From the NCBI RefSeq assembly GCF_009914755.1, contig NC_060927.1: 64,000 nucleotides of DNA, one strand, 5' to 3'. Below are positions 33,192 through 46,700 of the stretch, in pieces (position 1 is the stretch's first letter; every line of letters starts with the position of its first letter). The notes beneath the pieces are model-generated. The model searched no databases. It was not told the DNA's origin and saw nothing but the letters and a program-made list of their open reading frames with translations. Source of the DNA: the human T2T-CHM13v2.0 reference genome, Homo sapiens. A program made the position numbers and the translations under genes.

Positions 33192-33844
33192 TGTATTAGT
33201 CAGAGTTCTTCAGAGAAATAGAAACAATAGGCTATCTCTCTCTCTCTCTTTGCATATATATAGATATATATATGTATGTATATATAATCATATATATTCA
33301 TATATCATATATCAAATATATATAGCATCATATATGATTCATATATCATATATATCATGTGTGTATATATATATCTCTATATATATTCTATATATAGAGA
33401 GAGAGAATATATATAGAATAGAGAGAATATATATAGAATATATATATTCTATATATAGAGAGAGAGAGAGAAAGAAAGAGAGAGAGAGGTATTTTAAAGA
33501 ATTGGCTCACACAATTGTGGGGCTTGGTAAATTCAAAATCTGCAAGGTGGAGGTTCTGTCAGGCTGAAGATCCAGGGGAGAGTTGCAGCGTGAATCTGAA
33601 GGCAATGTGCTGGCAGAATTCATTCTTCCTCTGAGAAAGGTCAGTCTCTGTTCTATTAAGGACTTTGACTGGTTGGATGAGGCCTATCCACACTATGGTG
33701 TGTAATCTGCTTTAATCAAAATCCACCAATTTAAGTGTTAATCTCATCCAAAAAAACACCTTCATGGAAACATCCAGAATAATGTTTGATGGATCGCCTG
33801 GTGCCTTGGCTCAACCAAGTTTACATGTAAAATTACCCATCATA
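33192..33844 (-). mobile_element. MLT2 (ERVL) solo LTR
   Basis: tgtattagtcagagttcttcagagaaatagaaacaatagg...aaagaattggctcacacaattgtgg...aaaattacccatcata. Confidence 0.85.
33232..33488. repeat. Compound (CT)n/(TA)n/(GA)n microsatellite inside MLT2
   Basis: Direct reading; contains mutually inverted units tctatatatattct / agaatatatataga. Confidence 0.9.
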
Positions 33845-35114
33845 GGTTGGAGCTCATCCTTTTGATAGGACGGCCTCCACATCCTCACATATTGACCAAA
33901 TAAGGGCTCCTAGGCCAATCCATGTTTCAAAATGTAATAAAGTAAAACATCTTATTTGTTTAACATTAAACATGATACATAATGAGTATATGAAAATAAC
34001 AGTATAAATATTTTTAAATGCAAATAAAAGATGTAATATTGTATTCTAGCCACAACGGATTGTCCTTTAGTATCTTCCAGTGTTTTCCTTCTAAAAGATG
34101 CCAGGATTTTTAGAAAGCACTACTGCTGAAAGTGAATAAGGTTTGTCTTAGTCTATATAATTTAGTAAAATCAAATATTTGGTATTGATTGTATTATAAT
34201 TTCAAATAGTGTTTTTCTATTCAATTATTTTATTCATCTTAACTTGGCCATTACCTAAGCTTTACTTTAAACTTTCTTAGAACGAAGAGCTTAATCACAC
34301 AATGATCTGGAAATTCATTTAACTCATGGGAAACTAAATTGTCTATGAAATATAAATGCATCCTTTTATAACATATAAAATACCCTATTGTTTAAGTATT
34401 TCATGTGTTGTATTCCCTAAATAAAGATTTTATTGGGCAAATGGACATTTTTGGGGCTCTGTATTTTAGGTAAGCAAGAATCTGCTGTTTAAATAACAAG
34501 AGGAAATGCATCTACCTCAGACAACTGAAATTTAACAAACTCAGTTGCATTTTTATTAGGATTTCATTGTGAGAAATAGCTGATATCGTTGCTTGCTTTG
34601 TCCCCCTTGGTGATTCAGTTTCACCTTTGTATATTCAATAGTGGAGAAACGCTGTAGCCTGGACCATAGTTTTAATTTACATTTGGTCTCCTAGAATTTC
34701 ATTAAAATCGTTTTGTTTGGCATCTAAAGTCTATGTAAGTCCCAGTTTATATTCCCCCTCAGCTAAATAATTACAAGTCACCACATTTCCATAATCTTTG
34801 CCAACATTTTTTCCTTTCAGTGGTAGTGGAAAGTAGTTTTTGTTCTGATTGTCTTTGTTTGCCAAGGGCATTTATTACCAAGACTTGGTAAAGGCTCTGA
34901 TTGGGCCACATTTTCTTCAGCTGGTTCCACTCATGCTCCCAGCCTTGACCAGTGTAGTTGGTTTGTTTGCTTAAATTCAGAGTTGTTGTTTTTTCTCCCA
35001 TTATATGCTTTCATGATCTGGAAAGTTTTAGAAAATAATTTCTTAAATTAACTATGAGATCTTCTGAAAACTCAAAGTGTAGCCAAAATAATTTCACTTA
35101 TTGAAAAACAAAAT

Positions 35115-35300
35115 AGCATATGTTAAAAGCTCAGTCTTTCAACCCTTAGGGTAGACATGTGGTTTTGAGTCCTGGCTCCACAACTTATTAACCTCTCTTT
35201 GCCCTTGTTGCCTGGTCTTACAAATGGGAGAATTATTAGTATCCTAATTTAAAAGGTTGCTGTGGATAATGCCTTACACATTATAAGTGCTGTTTGTTAC
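35115..35300 (+). mobile_element. MIR SINE relic
   Basis: ttgagtcctggctccac...ttaacctctctttgcc...acaaatgggag. Confidence 0.6.
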
Positions 35301-35568
35301 ACATGTGCTAGATACACTCTGTCTTTGGAGTAAGTAGTTCAGTAAATTAAACCACTTAGCTATTTACTGAGCTCTCTAGCAGGCTAGTTGATTTAGTCAA
35401 TGGAATGTTGCAATCTCCATACAGTTAGATAATTCCTTTATGTTCAATGGATTTAAATTTAGAAGCATTAAGTTTAGTGATTCTCCTGGGAGTAAATATT
35501 AATCATGAACCTAGGTATCTTTAAGTTATAGGCAAAATGATAGCTCACTCTTAAAGTCATTAATTCAA

Positions 35569-35734
35569 GGTTGGGTGTGGTGGCAATTGCCTATAGTCCC
35601 AGCTATTTGGGAGGCTCACTTGAGACCAGGAGTTTGAGGCTGCAGTACGCTATGATTATTGTACCTCTGAATAGCCACTGCATCCCATCCTGGACAACAA
35701 AGCGAGACCCCATCCCTGAAAAAATAAAATAAAA
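35569..35734 (+). mobile_element. FAM (fossil Alu monomer)
   Basis: Monomeric Alu retaining the 7SL-derived tgaatagccactgca segment, followed by an A-rich tail. Confidence 0.8.
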
Positions 35735-37676
35735 GATTGTAAAGACAGCTCATGTTATTAGGATACAGTTCATAATCTGTGATTGCAATTATAGTCAGCC
35801 AGACCTTGCCTAAGCATTCTCAAGCTCAGTCACAGTTTTCATATTCTCATCACTTCTATGGAATTAAATGCCTTGTTAATAATATATGTGTTGGGTTTAA
35901 TTGTCTTTTAAAATATATTTTAAAAGATTACAATATAACTGAGCATTAACACAAAAAAGTTATTATATTTGCAATAAAGCGTGGAAACAGAACATTGAGT
36001 ATACATTTGATACTGAAGAAGCAGATACTTGTTTTTGAAAAGATAGTCATGATTTCATTTTTTCTTGCAAAGCAACTATCAAGTGCTCTATGGAACCTAA
36101 GAAAGGACAGTACTTACAGGCATGAAAAGTTACGATATAGTTTGCTCCTAAAATACACGTAACTGCCCCTAGACACTTTTTAGTAAGGCCAGTAATTTGG
36201 GGAGAAAAATCTGCAACTAATGTTCAAGAAATCTTTAAAGAAATGCCATCTTCTCAGCCCTGGGGCAATATTGTGTAGAAAACACAGACATTAACAACTC
36301 TAAGCTGAAAAGTGAGTCAGAAGCATTGGACTCAGATTGTAAAGAAATTTAGGAAATGTCTTCTTCATTAATTTATTGCATTAACATTTTCCTTTTATAC
36401 CCACATAAGACTGATATGAAATTCTTTAAAGTTATGTTAAGTTCAAAATTGTGTTTACTTTACTAAAAGAGCTCTTTCAGTAAATATAAGATTTTAAAAA
36501 CTAAGTGATTTATAGGCCTTGTGGATAGCTTAATTGGTAGCATTGTTTTCTTCTTTTGTATTAATATATAAAGATTATAGCACATGTTAAATTGATGAAA
36601 TCGTATTTGGTGAAATATAATAAGCATGAGTAACAGTATAAGCCTATCTGTGGTAAAGGACCTAGTTTCAATTTTCAATTCGTCACAGGTATTTTTTAAA
36701 GTACAAGAAAAATGAAATTTAAAAGATATAAAAATATAATAAGCTAATTCTTCAAATCATTAGATATAACGAATGTAAAATTACTTTGTCAAATTGCTCT
36801 AAAATTTTCTAGGTGCTCACTCTCACTTTCTGAACTTATCTTGCCCCAGATCAGTAACAATCCATGGATCAGCAATTTGTGGGCCACACTCTGTGACTGA
36901 TCTGTGCTGCTATTGAAGTGATAACACTGAATATCAGATATTCTCAGGAATGGCTGGTGAAGTTCAGAAAAAGATAAACCTTAGGTTTTCTTTCTTATAC
37001 ACATCAACATAATGTTTTATGTTTGTATAGAACTTTGCAGTTTATGAAATACTTGCACCAATAAAGCCTTCCAGCCAAGTTGTCTGGATAAGTTGACTCA
37101 ACACAATATTGCCCCAAGAACTGAGAAGACAGCATTTCTTTAAAGATTTCTTGAACATCGAGTATGTTTCTTTGATGCATACTCTCCACTCTAAACACAT
37201 ATATAGGTTGATAACAGAGAGACCAAAAAGACATAGCCCATCTCAAAAACAAGATCAGCATTTTTCTTGGACAGAAATGCCAAGCAAAAGCAGGGGCAAA
37301 ACTCAAGGAAGACAATAGCAGTCAGGAGCTTAGCCCTTGTCAGTTAAAGAGCAGAGAGTGCTCCATGCAAGAAGGCAACAGAAATACTCATTTCTCAAAG
37401 CTGGAGACTGGAATGAGGCTCCTGCTCTCATGAAAGGAGGAAGACAAAAACCGCTTCTGACTCAAGTGTGTAAGAAGCTGTGAGCCAGGAGGCAAGAGGG
37501 CAAAGACACCATTTTATGATTAGGTGCTGGGGCATAAGCATAACCCGGGCAAAGGTATTGGAACACCAATCTGTAGAGATTGGAACACCAGTATCTACAG
37601 GTATCAAAGGGGTTTTTTTTTGTCCATTGCTCCAGGGGTTTCCCCTCAAATGCCCTGAGAGAAACTGGGTGCGTAG

Positions 37677-38162
<486 letters not shown>

Positions 38163-38504
38163 TGAAAATTCAGGTATTTTTAAATTACAACCGAATAGAT
38201 GTTAAAATTTGTGGCTTTTATAATCATTTTCCCAAAGAATATCAGTTTTTATGATAAAATTTCAACAATACGTGGAGTAAATAAACTTTTGTCTCTTACA
38301 AGTTAGTATATTGGTTTCTACACGGTAGTATCAAACTCCAAGATACCAGCATTTTCCTCCAAAAGGTGGAGAGGGTCTTCATATTTTATTAGATGGGGAG
38401 AAGCCACTGACAACATGATCTACAGCCTGGACAATAATTTTCAAAATGTTGAGAAAACAATTGAGAAATATATGCCAGCATACTTCCTGGAATTTTCAAA
38501 ATAG

Positions 38505-38839
<335 letters not shown>

Positions 38840-38861
38840 CAACCTTATTTCTTTTACTTAC

Positions 38862-39017
38862 CTTTTCTTAACAGATTATGGATATGTGGTTTAATTTCAA
38901 TGGCTTTGTAAGATGCACTATATAAATCAAGGCAAACAAGTAGAAAAAAACTTTCATCAAATATCTTAACTTGATATTTTTTATTCAGAAGCTCTAGGCT
39001 ACATTTGAGAGAGGTCC
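38862..39017 (-). CDS. Candidate internal coding exon (156 nt, symmetric phase 1), unidentified product
   Basis: Minus strand: ctttgcttggtttcag|GGACC ... GAAAAG|gtaagt (consensus donor). Only one frame is open: [52 protein letters not shown]. Confidence 0.5.
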
Positions 39018-40436
39018 CTGAAACCAAGCAAAGTACCAATCAACAGGCATGTGGATTCAGCTTGAACAGATACGGAAATTAGTACAGGAAGCACAGTCAT
39101 AATAGCGAGCATGGGTAATATCATAAACTAAAGCCACCCTCACCTTGCCCCGGTTTCTTCAAAAAAAAAATTCCCTCTGAATTTACTTACTCCTCTACTT
39201 ACTCCTAGCATCTACCCATTTGTCTGTTGACAAATAATGAAAATTTGGTTCTCTAGTCTCATACTTCTTTATCCCCACCAACTGCTAAGTTCATCCAAGT
39301 AACACAGTACCATAAGAGATATGGTACTGTTTCTCAAAATTGTGTGCAGGATTTTGTTAGAATTTATAGAAGATGTGGTTATGCTTTTTAATTTAAAAAG
39401 TAAATATAGGATTTTTCTTTATTCTTGTTCAATGCTTCCTTCTTCTCATTCTGACATTAAAAGTCATATTATACAGTCAAACATTTGGAGTGTTTAGATG
39501 TACACATTTCTTGCATACATGTATATTTTACATAGTCTTATACATCACTTGACACATAGTTCCTAGTTTTCACTTTGAGGATAAGTTGTCATCATTTTCA
39601 TGCATACAGTGGAAGGAAATGAGCACATCTTGCTTTCTTGCACAGTGGATCAGACACGCCCTTAACCCTGAAATCCATTTGGGAAAGGATTCCACAGATA
39701 TTAGCTCACTTAAAAATAGTTCATGCTTTAGGACAGTTTGTTTCTTTCAAGGTTATAAGACTGGATAAATAATGTAGAGACTTTTGAAATGTTGAGTTTA
39801 CATCTTAGCAATTAAGAGTATTCAAAAATAAACCATAAACGCTTGTGATTTATATGTTTGGCAAAGCACTTATAAGTTGAGATTTGCTTTTTTCTTCTTA
39901 ATCCCAGAATGGGAATTTTCTATCTGATTTAAGAAGTAGGAATTTTTTTTTTCTTTTTTTCCTCTACCTGTGTGGAGGAACTTCCACAGAATTTTGGTGT
40001 GTGGAGCCCATTTTCAAATAACATCTGCCAATTGTTCTTATAGATCAGATTATTTTAAGAAAAGGAATAAAGAAAAAGGATTAGGCCAGTTATGACACCA
40101 GCTTGTAACCAAAAATAATGGCTGACATTAATGTGTTTCTAACTGTTTAAGCACCTAAGTGATGTTTAAAATCTCAACCCATGTGTAAGAGAAACTTGCC
40201 AAAACTCGCTCAGTGCTAGTTCATTCCTGATTTAAAATACTCTGTGCTTGAAGAAATTATCTGGCTCCAAATAAGCTATTAATTGCAGTACACAGATACT
40301 TATTTATAGTTTTGTGGTTGGCATATATGACTGGGTTCGGGACTCCCACTGCTTTGAAAAACACTTAGCAATGTCTGCCAACTGACATTCATAGATATAT
40401 CATTATCTATTATTTCCCAGGTTTGAAAGAGAAACT

Positions 40437-40514
40437 AAAAAAATCTTTGTCAGACCTTTTACCTAATTTTTTTAAAATTCAGAAGCTCTAGGTTATATCT
40501 GAGGAAGAGCCCCT
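40437..40514 (-). repeat. Diverged partial duplicate of the 5' half of the 38862-39017 candidate exon
   Basis: attcagaagctctagg identical at 38983-38998 and 40477-40492, with roughly 70% similarity over ~75 bp by eye. Confidence 0.6.
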
Positions 40515-40544
40515 AATTCATATATGGGAGTTAATGAATTAAGG

Positions 40545-41325
40545 CATTTGTTTGATAAGCACTATTAAATACCTCATACGTCATACAGTATTTTGGGTGC
40601 TGGTGATAAAACTAAGACATGATTTATACCCCCAAAGAGTATAAACAGTTTAAATGGAAGAGAAGGCTACATAAACAAGTAGGTGGAATGAAGCTTTATA
40701 GGTGCTGTGATGGAAGTATTCATGGAGTATGATGAGTTCATAAAGGAAGGAGTCATTGCCAACTGGGTGAGGCCATGGGAAATCAGGATGTTAATCAATG
40801 GAGAAGGTGGGGCTTGAATTAAGTCTGGAGAATGTACTCTCATTCATCAGGAAGTAAAGGTGATGTGAGTCTGCAAAGAAGAGTCATGGCACAGTTGTAT
40901 GGTACATTTGGAGAACTCTGGATATTTCATTGTGACATGAATGTAAGATACAGTGAGAACTGGGTTCAGTTAGATATGAAGCTGAAGAGAAAAGCATAAA
41001 CCAAAGTAGAGATGATCTTGTGTTCCAGCGCAGGTGTTTAAGTAAAACCTTACCAATAAAAGGCAACCTTTGAAAAATTCTAAAAGGGTAAAATCTAAAA
41101 GAGTAGGGACATCATCAGATTTCAAATTTAGAGCTAAAAGTCTGGGAGCAGTGTGAGAACAAACTGGAAGGGGTTAGATAAGAATCAGTGACCACATAAC
41201 AAGAGGCTATGAAAAAGATGCTGAAAATCTAAATAAAGGCAGCAGTGGTTGGGAGCAGGAGGCGACACAAAGGAGAGATATTTAGGAGGCAGAATCGAAA
41301 TAGCTTGGTCACAGATGAAATGAAT
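40545..41325 (-). mobile_element. L2 LINE relic
   Basis: Purine-rich antisense L2 pattern: taagcactattaaatacc...ggtgctggtgataaaa...gacatcatcagattt...gagatatttaggaggcagaatc. Confidence 0.75.
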
Positions 41326-41694
41326 CTTTGAATGGATAGATCAATGTTTTGCTTATCCATTCTCTATGGCCCATTATTATCAATACAATTAATTTCCAAA
41401 ACACCTGAATTTGAAAATGAATGGCCATGGGGAAAGGTAATCTTTCTATCATTTCACAACCACATATTTTATAGCCCAGGCACTTAGTCTGGTCCTCGGC
41501 ACTGAACCAGGGCCAGGAATGTCTTTGCTGTGTCAGGTATTAACCTCTTAGTTGTTGAATAATCAATTACTTTTGCACCATTCTAAAAGCATGCCTGAGA
41601 GAGATTTACCCCATTTCTAAACAAGCCAATAACCACATAAATTCATAGACATCCTCTTCTATGCATCACCAAACACCCTACCATCTCAAGATTT

Positions 41695-41940
41695 GGTGAG
41701 AAAGAGAAAGGTTAAGAGCTGAGAGATCTAGATTGGCATTCTGATTCTGCCCTTTGGTATTGTATGACCTCAGGCAAATACTTAACATTTCTGAACTTTA
41801 TTATTTTCCTTCATAAAATGGAACTAATAGAGTTTATCCTACTTCCTCCCAGGGATAAAGGGTGGATCAAGTAACATAATATATACAAAAGATCTTTGTA
41901 AATTGTGATGCTCTCTCTGTAAAAGGTGGTTATTGTTACA
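41695..41940 (+). mobile_element. MIR SINE relic
   Basis: tgtatgacctcaggcaaatacttaacatttctgaac...taaaatggaactaata. Confidence 0.75.
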
Positions 41941-42354
41941 ATACGAATGCTGTAACCTGAGTTTCCCTAAGCATCTTCAAACTGTGGAAGCCTTAATGAC
42001 ATTGGCATGACATTAATTTAAGTTGCAATAGTCTTTGTTCCCACCTGCTCTGTCAAGATCTCAGCCCCTGCAACATTCTTCTGATGACTTGCCAGAGCTC
42101 TTAAAGCAGTCCAGCCTTCAATCTTAGTGACACATCTTCTTCTGCTGAGCACCACTATCTTGTAGGGCATGGCAGTTGCTTCTTCTGATTCCAGTGACCA
42201 CCTTCCTGGGGCAATGCAGTCATCTCCATCTGGACAGATCACTATTTCCACTGTGTCCTTGCAGCTACTGTGTTGCCCCACCAGGCACTATGGCTGAACA
42301 CCATAGCCACATTCTGCTGGAAATTTTCTTTGGCCCTCCAACAAGTGTCTAAAG

Positions 42355-42535
42355 CAGTGATTCTCAACACCTCCTGTACACTAACTTCTCCTGGGAGGAT
42401 TTTTAAAAATATAAATGCCTAGACCCTGCTCTTACCAGACTTTTGGAAACCAAATCCTGAGGTTAGAGCCTGGGCATCAGTATTTTTTAAAACATACAGG
42501 TGATTCTGATGCACACTGAGTTTTGAGGGCCACCC
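42355..42535. mobile_element. MER5-type (hAT-Charlie) MITE
   Basis: cagtgattctcaac ... caggtgattctgatgcacactgagttttgagggccac termini. Confidence 0.8.
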
Positions 42536-42715
42536 TGTGGGATGCGGAAGTACCTCTCTCTCCCCTGTCATGTGTCCTCTGGTAAAGAGGCCACAAAACT
42601 GTGCTGCATGTGCCCCCGGCTTAAAGAGGTTCTCTGGAGCCTTGAAAAAAATACAGAGTGAAAGAAATAGCTACATGAAATTTTTCTTCATATTCAAATT
42701 TGTAGCGATAGTATA

Positions 42716-43018
42716 TGGTTGGCCCTCTGTATACATGGGTTTCTTATGCATGAATTCAACCAACCTCAGATAAAAAATATTTGGAAAAAAATACAATAAA
42801 AAGTAATATAAATTTTAAAATACAATATTAAAACTTTATGTAGCATTTACATTGTATTAGTTATTTTAAGTAATCTAGAGATGATCTAAAGTGTACAGGG
42901 TATGCCTGGGTTATTTGAAAATGCTATGCCATTTTATATAAGGGACTTGAGCATTCATGGATTTCGGTATCTGCAGGGGTTCCAGAACCAGTCCCTCACA
43001 AACACCAAGGAATGACTG
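42716..43018. mobile_element. MER2 (TcMar-Tigger) DNA transposon
   Basis: gttggccctctgtatacatgggtt...agcatttacattgtattag...agggacttgagcattcatggattt...ggaatgactg, with TA flanks. Confidence 0.85.
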
Positions 43019-43779
43019 TATACTCCTTCAGGTATGAGAAAATGCTGTTTCATTTTTATACTCTTATGTTATTTTAAGTGTGTGTTTTATAATGTAGTAC
43101 ATAAATAAGTCAAGTGTATATAATTGTACATGCTCAAAATATGTTACTTACAGGGATGTGGGGTCAAAAATTTATACAAGACTGTTTTCCTTCTAGCATT
43201 TATGATATTCTATAGTTTCATACTTAAAATTGGCAATTTTTTCTCATCTAAAGAAACCCTACAACTTATTCAATAAATTATCTCATATATAGACTGTTTA
43301 AAACTCATAAAGTGGTTGAAATTTCTAATACTAAGGTACTAGTAAAAGCCATAAGTTGAAAGGGGATTTTTTTTTTTTTTTTGGCAGATTGGTCTCCTAT
43401 TCCCAGAGTTTTTTTTCAAATATTTAAATATTATGTGTTTAAATACTAAATATTAGTGTACATAGATGGAAAACAAAGAAAATTTTGTCTGTGAATAACA
43501 ATAACACAGTACACTTTAAAATTACAGAAAGAGACTTTTTCACATGTTTCTAATCTGACAGTAAAATAATAATCTGTGTTTTAGCCAGGTGGAAGGAGTC
43601 AACCGTAATACTTTTCTTCTTTCAGGATAATTTTGTAAACAACATGCTCCTTAATTAAGCAGCACCAAAATGCACATCTAAGTGACTTATCTCTACTATA
43701 TTTCTGAGGGATTGAAAAAGGATTATAATTACTAGTATCGGTTCTCTGCAAATAATTTTACACGCACACACACACATAA

Positions 43780-44098
<319 letters not shown>

Positions 44099-45678
44099 AA
44101 TCTTTTTCATTCTACACTGTGAATTATTTACCTCATTATACAACATAAGTTATCAAAGCAATTATAGAAAGACTGAATGGTCATGTTACAAAAACTTGGA
44201 ATTTTATTGGAAAGTGGAAAAAACATTTCCTGTGATTCTCAGATCAAAACTCCCTTGGGCCTCATCACAAGGCCTTTCAAAAACAGCGGTTGAAATGGAG
44301 GTAAGGAAATTTTGCCTACATAAGAAACTCCGCTCTGCTTTGTTTAGGAAGTGATGACTAAAGTTTAATTCATTGGATCACAGGGCCCGGAAATGCCGTG
44401 CCAGCTTGGATCTACTTTGAGTTTCCTTAAGAAACCTGGTATGTTTTAATTCAAAGATGTGGAGACCTGTTGGCAATTCTTTGGAAGCATTTAGCAAACT
44501 ATATTAAGGCTACCTTCAGGCACTTCATTTATAAGCTGTAAGAATTCCAGCTGTTTTCCCTTGAGTCTATTTTTCTAGAGAATACTTGTCTTCCATTAAA
44601 TTCTGTGTCACAGATAAAATAATTTTCTGTAAAACATATGCATTAATTTGCTTTTATCTAAATATCTATGCAAAGAAAGTTGTCTAAACTCTTCAAGCAG
44701 CTGCTTATATTAGAATGTCAAGTTCTTTTCTAGATTTAGCTAATAGGTTGGGAATGTAAACTTGATTTTGGTTGCTAATATTACTGTTTTAGATCTTTCC
44801 AATCACATAATTTCATTCTAAGCTAAGTTTTCCCTTTTCCTTCTCATCCTATTTTCCTTGGTCATCTTAGAAGGTGGACTTTCTGTTAAATTCCTCCTGC
44901 TTACGCATTACAAATAAAAGACTTTTTTTTTTACATTGTAATCATGGCCAACAAAGTCACCATATAAGATCTTCCTTATATATGTGCGCCCCACATCAAA
45001 GATTGTGCTTTTGTAAACAATGAATTCAGATTCAAATAATCTATTAATGAAGAAATATAAGTAACTTTAAATTTCTTTACAGTGAATTATTTCACTCTGT
45101 TTCTGTTTTTTAAAAAATAGAATTTTCAAGAGTTAGTCCCATGAAAATCACTCTGTGGTATGTCTATGAATAAATAGGTCTGATTTCTTTTAAGGCCAGT
45201 CTAGGAACTGTTCACTTCCTTTATCAAATCCATTTTCCAAATTTGTTAGCACTTAAGCAGTAACATTAGGGAGGTGAGTCTACAGAAAAGCAGAGTATAA
45301 ATATGGAGTCAAACAAATACTGCAAAGATACAGTTAAGTTCAATATTAAATAACCTGCAATAGTCAAGGACTATGACAAAAGTTCCAAGAATAGGCCAAG
45401 ATAAAAGAAAGAAAGATGAAAGAAGAAAAAGCATCTTACAACATTTTAGTCAAAGGTATACAGAAAAAAACAAAGCAACAGCCTTTGCAAATAGCAACCT
45501 ATTACGCAAAGGCTGGTTTTGCGTAGAGAAAAGTAATTTAAGCTATAATTTGCTATTTTCACTGATCCTTTTTTTACATCAAAAACATATGTATACATGA
45601 CATAACAATGTGTAACTTTGGAAACTTATGGAAATAATGTATGTATAAAAACTTTCTAAGAAAATCATATATGAAGAA

Positions 45679-46093
45679 TGATGGAGTTTGAATGTTTGCC
45701 CCCTCAAAAATCTCATGTTGAAATTTGATCCCCAGTGTTGGAGGTGGGACCTGACAGAAGGTGTTTGGGTCATGAGGGCGGATCCTTCATGCATGTCTTG
45801 GTGCCATCCTCATAGTAATGAGCAAGTTCTCGCTCTGTGAATTCCCATGAGAACTGATTGTTAAAAAGAGCCTGATGCCTCCTCCACTCTCTCTCTTGCT
45901 TCTATCCTCTTACCATGCAATGCTTGCTCCTCTTTACCTTTTGCCGTAAGTGGAAGCAGCCTGAGGCCCTCACCAGAAGCAGATGGTGGTACCATGCTTC
46001 TTGTACATCCTAGAGAACCTTGAGCCACATCACCTATTTATGATTTACCCAGCCTCAGGTGTTCCTTTATTGCAATGCAAATTGACTAAGAAA
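45679..46093 (+). mobile_element. MaLR solo LTR, MSTB/C-like
   Basis: tgatggagtttgaatgtttgcccc...gaggccctcaccagaagcagatg...gactaaga; perfect TSD AAGAA (45674-45678, 46094-46098). Confidence 0.9.
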
Positions 46094-46504
46094 AAGAAGA
46101 AAATTATCAAAATACACATTAGGCAATTGTTAAAGATGTATTAAACGCCATTTATTAAATTAGTAAATAAGCTAAATAATATCTAACAGTATAGCTTTAA
46201 AACTGTGGTATTATTTAAATTAATTATTTTTGTTTATAAAAGTAAGATATTATCATTAATGAAAATTCAACAAACATAAATAAAGGAGAAAGGAGAAATA
46301 TTATCTATTGTTTCACCAGATGAGTGTATAAGAGAAGAGAAAAAACTACATCAGGGTTAATTTTGGTAACAAAGAAAAACAGAAGAAAACTTCACATGTT
46401 CTACAAATACGTGGAGGATGATGGCAATGAATTAATTTAAACCAGGTTTATAAAAAATTTGGTTTATTATGTTGTATGTAGCTTCAAGCAGGGAGAGAAA
46501 TAGA

Positions 46505-46700
46505 AATAATCTTTGTTGAGAATCTACTATCCTCTGCTATCTCAATTTAATGTCACAATAACTTTGCAAGCTAAGCACTGGTACCACTATTTAACTGATA
46601 AAGAAAACAGATCTTAGATGGGCTAACAACTTTTCCAATGTTACTTAGCTAGAAAGCAATGAAAGCAAGATTCAATTCCAGGTTTCTCTGGCAAATGTCA
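46505..46700 (-). mobile_element. MIR SINE relic
   Basis: actgataaagaaaacagatcttagatgggctaacaacttttccaatgttact...agattcaattccagg. Confidence 0.65.

Noticed and set aside
33160-33567. 135-aa ORF
   Set aside because: Translation of a TA/GA microsatellite within an MLT2 LTR.
34771-35017. 76-aa minus-strand ORF behind an acceptor-like ttccag
   Set aside because: All three frames read from that acceptor hit stops, and there is no clear donor.
44280-44410. Small CpG cluster with ccggaaat ETS-like motif and plus-strand donor-like gag|gtaagg
   Set aside because: Too short for a CpG island; single motifs are not evidence of a promoter or exon.
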